From Azospirillum sp. (lineage in GTDB: Bacteria; Pseudomonadota; Alphaproteobacteria; Rickettsiales; UBA3002), in assembly GCA_040377415.1 (NCBI GenBank), contig JBEIOT010000001.1:1-32481 (forward strand): a stretch of 32,481 nt of DNA, written 5' to 3'. The number at the start of each line of letters is the position of its first letter. Within the stretch, counting starts at the first letter, position 1. The notes under the pieces were generated by a model. It searched no databases and was not told the DNA's origin. It saw nothing but the letters and a program-made list of their open reading frames with translations. The position numbers and the translations under genes were made by a program. This document shows, in pieces, positions 27,266 to 32,481 of the stretch.

Positions 27266-27928
27266 ATGAAATCCGCCGTCATCGTATTCCCCGGTTCCAA
27301 CTGCGATCGTGACGTGTTCACGGTGATGCGCGATCAGGGGTTGAATCCTGTTAGCGTGTGGCACGACGATGCCGCGCTGCCCGATGGCCTCGACCTTGTA
27401 GTGCTGCCCGGTGGGTTCAGCTTCGGCGATTATCTGCGCTGCGGCGCCATGGCGGCGCGCTCGCCCATCATGCAAAGCGTGAAGCAATTCGCCGACAAGG
27501 GCGGCCATGTACTCGGCATCTGCAACGGCTTCCAGATTTTGTGCGAAACGCAACTGCTGCCCGGCACGCTGATGCGCAACGACCACCTCAAATTCAACTG
27601 CAAGGAAACCGTGCTGCGCGTTGAGTCGAACAATTCGGCCTTCACCAGCGGCTACAACCAAGGCCAACTGATCAACCTTCCCGTCGCGCATGCGGAAGGC
27701 AACTACTTCGCCGACTCCGCCACACTCAAAGCACTCAACGACAACGGCCAAGTAGTACTGCGCTACACCGATGCCATCAACGGCGCGCAAGACAACATCG
27801 CGGGCATCACCAACAAGGCGGGCAACGTGCTCGGTCTCATGCCCCACCCCGAACGCCACGCCGACGTCGCGCTGGGCGGTATCGATGGCGCAGTGATGTT
27901 CCAATCCCTGCTGAAGAAATTTGCTTAA
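27266..27928 (+). CDS. purQ: Phosphoribosylformylglycinamidine synthase glutaminase subunit PurQ
   Basis: MKSAVIVFPGSNCDRD, LPGGFSFGDYLR, GICNGFQIL (catalytic Cys), MPHPER. I chose ATG 27266 over the GTG at 27254. Confidence 0.93.
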   Translation: MKSAVIVFPGSNCDRDVFTVMRDQGLNPVSVWHDDAALPDGLDLVVLPGGFSFGDYLRCGAMAARSPIMQSVKQFADKGGHVLGICNGFQILCETQLLPGTLMRNDHLKFNCKETVLRVESNNSAFTSGYNQGQLINLPVAHAEGNYFADSATLKALNDNGQVVLRYTDAINGAQDNIAGITNKAGNVLGLMPHPERHADVALGGIDGAVMFQSLLKKFA

Positions 27929-27935
27929 GCTCAAT

Positions 27936-28002
27936 AACGCGGCAGTAGCCGCGCCAGCCCTGAGCGGCGTGAGTTGTCGCGCAGCATGCGCGATCGGCGA
28001 AC
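27936..28002 (+). repeat. Intergenic repeat, copy B (~67 nt, hairpin degraded)
   Basis: AACGCGGCAGTAGCCGCGCCAGCCCTGAGCGGCGTGAGTTGTCGCGCAGCATGCGCGATCGGCGAAC is about 90% identical by hand alignment to 19689..19755. It starts 8 nt after the purQ stop. Confidence 0.8.
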
Positions 28003-28014
28003 CACTCAATAAAG

Positions 28015-28061
28015 TTTTTTTATCGAAGATAAAAAAAGGACCGGGGTTTTACACCCGGTCC
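28015..28061 (-). terminator. Rho-independent terminator (GC hairpin plus U-tract) fused to a perfect 10-bp A/T palindrome
   Basis: The minus strand reads GGACCGGG-UGUAAAAC-CCCGGUCC followed by UUUUUUUAUC. The U-tract is itself one arm of the palindrome TTTTTTTATC-gaa-GATAAAAAAA (28015..28037). It lies about 50 nt after the stop at 28112. Confidence 0.75.
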
Positions 28062-28111
28062 TCAGTTGGCAAACCACGTTAAACTCGTTCGTCCGCAAAT
28101 CCTTGCGGGAA

Positions 28112-28381
28112 TTATCGTGCGATCTCCTGCGCTGCTAGCAGGGCCGCTCCGGCGGGCGGGGAGAATTGCCCCAGAGAGGCAACCTCGTTCCGTCCGTCGT
28201 GCTTACCGAGTTGTTTAGACTCGGCGTCTTTGACCTGGATACCAATGTCCGCAAGGGCACGGTCCACTTCAAAGGCGAAGGCTGCACCTGCGATCGGATC
28301 ATATTGTGCGATGCGCTCAGCAGCTTTTGGCTGCCCCCGCACTTCCAATACGCCCACGATCCCAGTCAATCTCGCCACCAT
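28112..28381 (-). CDS. Hypothetical small protein (89 aa from ATG 28381; 106 aa if the TTG at 28432 is used)
   Basis: MVARLTGIVGVLEVRGQPKAAERIAQYDPIAGAAFAFEVDRALADIGIQVKDAESKQLGKHDGRNEVASLGQFSPPAGAALLAAQEIAR. I recognise no family. There is no good SD and third-position GC is only moderate. It is bracketed by a TATAAT (minus strand, 28517..28512) and the terminator at 28031..28061, so it could instead be a non-coding transcript. Confidence 0.35.
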   Translation of the reverse strand: MVARLTGIVGVLEVRGQPKAAERIAQYDPIAGAAFAFEVDRALADIGIQVKDAESKQLGKHDGRNEVASLGQFSPPAGAALLAAQEIAR

Positions 28382-28591
28382 CGTTTTTTTAAAACGTGGC
28401 GGTGAAATCCGCCTACAAACCCAATGTAGCAAGCAATCGTTAAAACCTGGTTAAGTTGTCATCCAATTGTAACAAATTTGGAGCGCGCCGATTTTGCCAA
28501 TTTCACAAGGAATTATAGCTACTTAGGCAAGCAACGCCACAGCATGTCCGCAAAAAATCTGCAGAAAGCCTATTAAAAAATGCGATTTTTT

Positions 28592-28822
28592 TTACTTCGC
28601 AGCCGTACTGACCGCCAACGCGTGCAGGGTCGTACCCAGATCGGCACCGAAAGCAGCATTCACCATGCGATGCTGCTCTACACGCGATTTCCCTGCGAAT
28701 GCCACGCTCTTCACCGTCACTTTCCAGTGATCGTTATCACCCGCCAGATCCTCTAAATAGATCTCGGCATCCGGCAATGCGGTCTGGATGCGGGCAGTGA
28801 TATCTTCGCGGGTCATGGGCAT
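28592..28822 (-). CDS. bolA: BolA family protein
   Basis: 76 aa: ITARIQTALPDAEIYLEDLAGDNDHWKVTVKSVAFAGKSRVEQHRMVNAAF...LHALAV. GAAGGAG SD upstream of the ATG. Confidence 0.88.
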   Translation of the reverse strand: MPMTREDITARIQTALPDAEIYLEDLAGDNDHWKVTVKSVAFAGKSRVEQHRMVNAAFGADLGTTLHALAVSTAAK

Positions 28823-28917
28823 GGGCTAACTCCTTCAAGGGAACACTCCTATAGCGTGCGCGCTTCCGTCACACAATCTTCACACTCGCCCTGCCCGCCT
28901 TTTGGTAAAAATAAAGG

Positions 28918-29355
28918 ATGCAACTGACTCCGCAGGAATCATCCGCCGCGTTCTGGAACGGCGCCAAACAAGGAGCGAAACGAAGCCTCGGCTACGTCGC
29001 GCTGATCGGCGTGCCATTGCTGGCCTGCATGGCCATCGGTATTGTTCCGCTGACCCTGATCAGCTACGGCGCGGCATTGCTTACAGGCATTTCCACCGTA
29101 TTCACTGTGGGCATGTACAGCGGCCAGAATGCGCTGGCGCAGTACCATCAGAGCAAACACAACAAAATGTACGAGAGCAAACTCGCCCAGCTAGAAGGCC
29201 GCACCACCGCGCTCGACCGCGAGGTCGACGAAGTGCAGCATTCACCGCGGGTGAGCACCATCATCGAAGAAGGCGCACGCAGCGCTTCCGGCAGCTTCGC
29301 CGACGCCGAAGACGAACGCCGCGACCAGGCTCCCAAAGCCCACACCGTTCACTAA
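28918..29355 (+). CDS. Hypothetical membrane protein (145 aa): two TM helices plus a charged, coiled-coil-like C-terminus
   Basis: TM segments YVALIGVPLLACMAIGIVPLTLI and AALLTGISTVFTVGMY, followed by KMYESKLAQLEGRTTALDREVDEV. The overlapping 246-aa frame (28902..) is Arg-rich shadow sequence. SD spacing is poor because AGG sits directly next to the ATG. Confidence 0.5.
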   Translation: MQLTPQESSAAFWNGAKQGAKRSLGYVALIGVPLLACMAIGIVPLTLISYGAALLTGISTVFTVGMYSGQNALAQYHQSKHNKMYESKLAQLEGRTTALDREVDEVQHSPRVSTIIEEGARSASGSFADAEDERRDQAPKAHTVH

Positions 29356-30716
29356 GCGATAAGCCCGATTTCCTTGAGTCGATTCTGCATTTGCATGGCA
29401 TCCCGATAGGGCGGCACGGATTCATGGCGCAGGAAAACCAGCAGACGCGACTGCATTTCATTGTAGAGCAGCTCAAGATCTTTACGCACATCGTTACGAG
29501 AAAGTTTGGTAACGCGGGCTACGTCGCTGACGATGTCGCCTATGTTGTGCAAGCCATCGATGGCCTGCAGCAGCGGAATGGTCGATGGTCGCTTCGTTAT
29601 GAACATCATTTCTGCCGTGGCGAACGCACGTGGACGAATTAATACGCGCTCACCAATGCCGACTTGTGCCAGTAGCGCGTTGACCTCATCAGCGAAACGG
29701 TTGAACAGTGACTGCATCAACCCATAGGTGATGACCATATCATCGGCAAAGGCCGCCGGCTTCTTATCTTGTCTGGTCACATAGAAGTTATGCTTAGTGA
29801 TCGTGCCATGCATCAGTTCGGCGATCGTCTGGCGTTCGCGTTTGGTTTTATTTTTTACGGCTTCAAGGATCAGCGGATCCTGATTATAATTTTCCGGCGT
29901 GTAGGTCGACTCGTCCGTAAAGTCACCGAAGATCATGTTGAGTTTCAGTCCTGCACCCTCGACCCAGTCATAAAGCTGGGGCACGGTATAGGAACGATCG
30001 GTGGTGTGCAGCAAGAGATCAAAGATACCGCTTCCATCCGGCCATTGAATATCATTCAGGAACAATTCATTCTTCACCGTGATCCAATTCGTTGATGGCA
30101 CGTTGTCCAGAAAAGCGCGAGCCATCTTCAATTGCTCACTGCGGCTCATATTCTCACTCATGAGGCGACGGAATAGATCCTGAAGTATGTAAACGCCTAT
30201 GCGACCGTATTCGGCATACACCATGAGTCCCATGATGCCGTCGTCTTTCAGCATGTCGCCCAGTGCTGCCAACCCTGCATTGGGATCGGGCAAATGGTGA
30301 AGCACCCCGGTACATTCAATAACATCGAACTGCCCCAATCCTGAGGTCGGCAGATCAAGGATCGACATGTGATGATGCGTAACATTGGTCAACTGGCGCA
30401 TAGACAGACGCTGCTTCGCACGATCGATCGAGGTCGCAGAAAGATCGATCGCAACGATTTCGGCTTCACTACCCAGTAACGTTTCCGCCCAGTTGATCGA
30501 GGCGTCACCCGTACCATCACCGGCGACAAGGATACGTGTCCCTTTTGAGCGAAGGTCTTTTTTACCTGCCCAGCCATGATGATTGAAGGCAGTAGCGTTG
30601 AAACCATCCGCGGCATTGAACATCTGGCCTTCGCGAGAGAGATCACGATACGGATAGGGCAGCTCTTCGTAATGGCCACGGACCTCTTCGGCGTATTCTT
30701 TTGGTACGCTGCTCAC
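29352..30716 (-). CDS. Class I SAM-dependent methyltransferase with an uncharacterised ~250-aa C-terminal region; low GC
   Basis: Rossmann motif I-like RILVAGDGTGDASINW, acidic loop IVAIDLS and motif FDVIECTGVLHHLPDP...LKDDGIMGLMVY. GTG start at 30716 with TAAGGAG 8 nt upstream, overlapping the purL stop. Four hand-counted 60-nt lines give about 45-55% GC, against about 63% for a murC line. Confidence 0.85.
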   Translation of the reverse strand: MSSVPKEYAEEVRGHYEELPYPYRDLSREGQMFNAADGFNATAFNHHGWAGKKDLRSKGTRILVAGDGTGDASINWAETLLGSEAEIVAIDLSATSIDRAKQRLSMRQLTNVTHHHMSILDLPTSGLGQFDVIECTGVLHHLPDPNAGLAALGDMLKDDGIMGLMVYAEYGRIGVYILQDLFRRLMSENMSRSEQLKMARAFLDNVPSTNWITVKNELFLNDIQWPDGSGIFDLLLHTTDRSYTVPQLYDWVEGAGLKLNMIFGDFTDESTYTPENYNQDPLILEAVKNKTKRERQTIAELMHGTITKHNFYVTRQDKKPAAFADDMVITYGLMQSLFNRFADEVNALLAQVGIGERVLIRPRAFATAEMMFITKRPSTIPLLQAIDGLHNIGDIVSDVARVTKLSRNDVRKDLELLYNEMQSRLLVFLRHESVPPYRDAMQMQNRLKEIGLIA

Positions 30717-30728
30717 AACTTTAACTCC

Positions 30729-32480
30729 TTACGCCGCCATGAAGCCCGGCAGCCATGTTTCATTGACGTCGTGCAGATGCTGCACCGGCACGCGTGCCAG
30801 GTCTTCGACGATGAGCAAGTCTGCAATGGTCGTGCCAAGATCATCGAACGGGATAGCGGCTTGGTTCAGCGCTACGAGAACGCGGTCCTTATGCGCCGTG
30901 TCGAGTGCCAAAATATAGCGCGCCTGATCTTCACCGAATGCATAGCCATGCGGCACCACACCCAGCGGCAGGCGGATCTGCGCGCCGATCTTTTTCGGCA
31001 GCGCCATTTCGGCGATTGCAACGAGGATGCCGCCATCGCTCACATCATGGCACGCAGCCACCAGACCCTCCAGGATCAGTGCTTGCACCATGCGGCCATG
31101 CTTGTGCTCTGCCGCAAGATCGACCGGCGGTGGTGCGCCGTCTTCGCTGCCATGAATTTCGCGCAGGTAAAGCGAACTGCCCAAATGGCCCTTCGTTTCG
31201 CCGATGACGATGATGTGCTGGCCCACTTCGGTGAATGCATTGCCCACGCGCTTGCTGGCATCGGCCAACAAGCCGACCCCACCAACCGCTGGCGTCGGCT
31301 GCACCGATTTACCATGCGTATCGTTGTACAGCGACACGTTGCCGCTCACGACCGGGTATTTCAACACACGGCACGCTTCCGCCATGCCTTGGATAGCGCC
31401 CACGATCTGGCCCATGATCTCGGGCTTCTGCGGATTGCCGAAGTTCAGGCAATCGGTGATGGCCAAGGGCTCAGCACCAACGCAAATAAGGTTGCGCCAG
31501 CTTTCGGCTACTGCCTGTTTGCCGCCATGGACAGGGTCGGCTTCGACATAGCGTGGCGTGCAATCGCTGGTCATCGCCACCGCTTTGTTGGTGCCATGGA
31601 TGCGCACCACTGCCGCATCGCCACCCGGGCGAGCCACAGTATCGTTCATCACCATGTGGTCGTATTGCGTCCATATCCAGCGCTTGCTGGCGATATCGGG
31701 GCAGCCCATCAACGTGGCTAACGAAGTGCCCAGATCAGCGGCAGGCACTTGCTCCGCAGTGAGCACCGGGCGTGGCGGGGTCAGCGTGTAGGGGCGGTCG
31801 TAAACAGGTGCCGCATCGCTCAACGGTGCTACCGGAATATCGCACACCGTTTCGCCATGCATGGTCAGCACCATGCGGCCCGTGTCGGTCAGCGTGCCAA
31901 TGGTCGCGCAGGCAAGATTCCATTTCTTCATGATGCCATAGACCACATCTTCGTGGCCGGGTTTCAGCACCATCAGCATGCGTTCTTGCGATTCACTGAG
32001 CATAATTTCATACGGCGTCATACCGTCTTCGCGCATCGGCACGTTCTCGAGCTTCATCTCGATGCCGAGCTCGCCTTTGCTGGCCATCTCAAGGCTCGAG
32101 CAGGTCAACCCTGCCGCACCCATATCCTGAATGGAGATGATGGCATCGGTCGCCATCAGCTCAAGGCACGCTTCGATAAGCAGCTTCTCGGTGAAGGGAT
32201 CCCCTACTTGCACGGTCGGGCGTTTCTCTTCGGAATTCTCATCGAACTCGGCGCTCGCCATCGTCGCGCCATGAATCCCGTCGCGACCCGTTTTCGCACC
32301 GAAATAGATGACGTCGTTACCCACACCCGATGCTTTCGAGTAGAAAATTTTGTCCATGTCGGCCAGGCCCACGGCCATCGCATTCACCAGCGGATTGCCG
32401 TTGTAGCTGCTGTGGAAGATGGCTTCACCGCCAACAGTGGGCACGCCCACGCAGTTGCCATAATGCGCAATGCCCGCCAC
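30729..32480 (-). CDS. purL: Phosphoribosylformylglycinamidine synthase subunit PurL (FGAM synthase II), C-terminal 583 aa; the N-terminus lies beyond the window
   Basis: [65 protein letters not shown]. The ORF is open at the window end. Confidence 0.93.
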   Translation of the reverse strand: MAGIAHYGNCVGVPTVGGEAIFHSSYNGNPLVNAMAVGLADMDKIFYSKASGVGNDVIYFGAKTGRDGIHGATMASAEFDENSEEKRPTVQVGDPFTEKLLIEACLELMATDAIISIQDMGAAGLTCSSLEMASKGELGIEMKLENVPMREDGMTPYEIMLSESQERMLMVLKPGHEDVVYGIMKKWNLACATIGTLTDTGRMVLTMHGETVCDIPVAPLSDAAPVYDRPYTLTPPRPVLTAEQVPAADLGTSLATLMGCPDIASKRWIWTQYDHMVMNDTVARPGGDAAVVRIHGTNKAVAMTSDCTPRYVEADPVHGGKQAVAESWRNLICVGAEPLAITDCLNFGNPQKPEIMGQIVGAIQGMAEACRVLKYPVVSGNVSLYNDTHGKSVQPTPAVGGVGLLADASKRVGNAFTEVGQHIIVIGETKGHLGSSLYLREIHGSEDGAPPPVDLAAEHKHGRMVQALILEGLVAACHDVSDGGILVAIAEMALPKKIGAQIRLPLGVVPHGYAFGEDQARYILALDTAHKDRVLVALNQAAIPFDDLGTTIADLLIVEDLARVPVQHLHDVNETWLPGFMAA

Positions 32481-32481
32481 C

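Noticed and set aside
28062-28440. Possible two-piece alphaproteobacterial tmRNA or another housekeeping ncRNA (6S, 4.5S) in the bolA-purQ gap.
   Set aside because: I found no T-arm (GGTTCGA/TCGAACC), no ANDN-type tag reading frame and no SRP domain IV motif. The region stays listed as an unresolved small ORF or transcript, not as a named RNA.
28902-29642. A 246-aa plus-strand ORF overlapping the 145-aa membrane ORF and the methyltransferase 3' end.
   Set aside because: It is extremely Arg-rich (RRRRTQRFRQLRRRRRRTPRP) and is a shadow frame. The alternative frame encodes coherent TM helices.
30576-31721. A 381-aa plus-strand ORF antisense to purL and the methyltransferase. The 257-aa minus-strand ORF at 27236..28009, antisense to purQ, falls in the same category.
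   Set aside because: Both are antisense to strongly recognisable PurL and PurQ sequences. The second also runs through intergenic repeat copy B.
1-32481. A search by eye for CRISPR arrays, tRNA or rRNA genes, IS elements, transposases, integrases, toxin-antitoxin pairs and known defence or secretion operons.
   Set aside because: I saw no spaced direct-repeat arrays, no tRNA T-arm or acceptor signatures, no transposase- or integrase-like ORFs and no terminal inverted repeats flanking the low-GC genes. A manual scan cannot prove absence; tRNAscan-SE, Infernal, ISEScan and a defence-system finder should confirm this.

Overview
This looks like a chromosomal segment from an alphaproteobacterium. 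The evidence is a DUF1476/zeta ATPase-inhibitor gene next to purC, an alpha-type FtsL, a purC-purS-purQ block and bolA. Hand-sampled GC is about 60% in core genes.

Layout:
- 343..17104 (minus strand): a complete, tightly coupled dcw cell-wall/division cluster, mraZ-rsmH-ftsL-ftsI-murE-murF-mraY-murD-ftsW-murG-murC-murB-ddl-ftsQ-ftsA. Most junctions are ATGA, TAATG or short overlaps.
- 1..342: ftsA is followed by a GT87/DUF2029-like membrane protein gene rather than ftsZ.
- 17105..17467: the dcw leader, with four exactly 10-nt-phased TGGGN-type repeats (an MraZ-operator-like array) overlapping a candidate promoter.
- About 17.4-25.1 kb: an accessory-looking stretch. It holds two tandem M23 peptidase paralogs without export signals (one with a CxH active-site variant), RNase P RNA (rnpB), a 48-aa CDS, an Amidase_2 plus PG-binding amidase coupled to an EamA transporter, a TerB/J-domain DjlA-like protein and a 537-aa ORFan.
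- 25.1-32.5 kb: purine genes. purC-purS-purQ is on the plus strand, interrupted by two extra coupled genes (an SseB-like 99-aa protein and a low-GC 106-aa membrane protein). purL is on the minus strand and co-transcribed with a low-GC 454-aa SAM-methyltransferase. bolA and two small uncharacterised units lie between them.
- A ~67-nt intergenic repeat occurs twice, at 19689 and 27936.

I found no tRNA or rRNA genes, CRISPR arrays, transposases, integrases or recognisable defence or secretion operon. The novelty candidates are individual genes and arrangements, not a clear multi-gene system.
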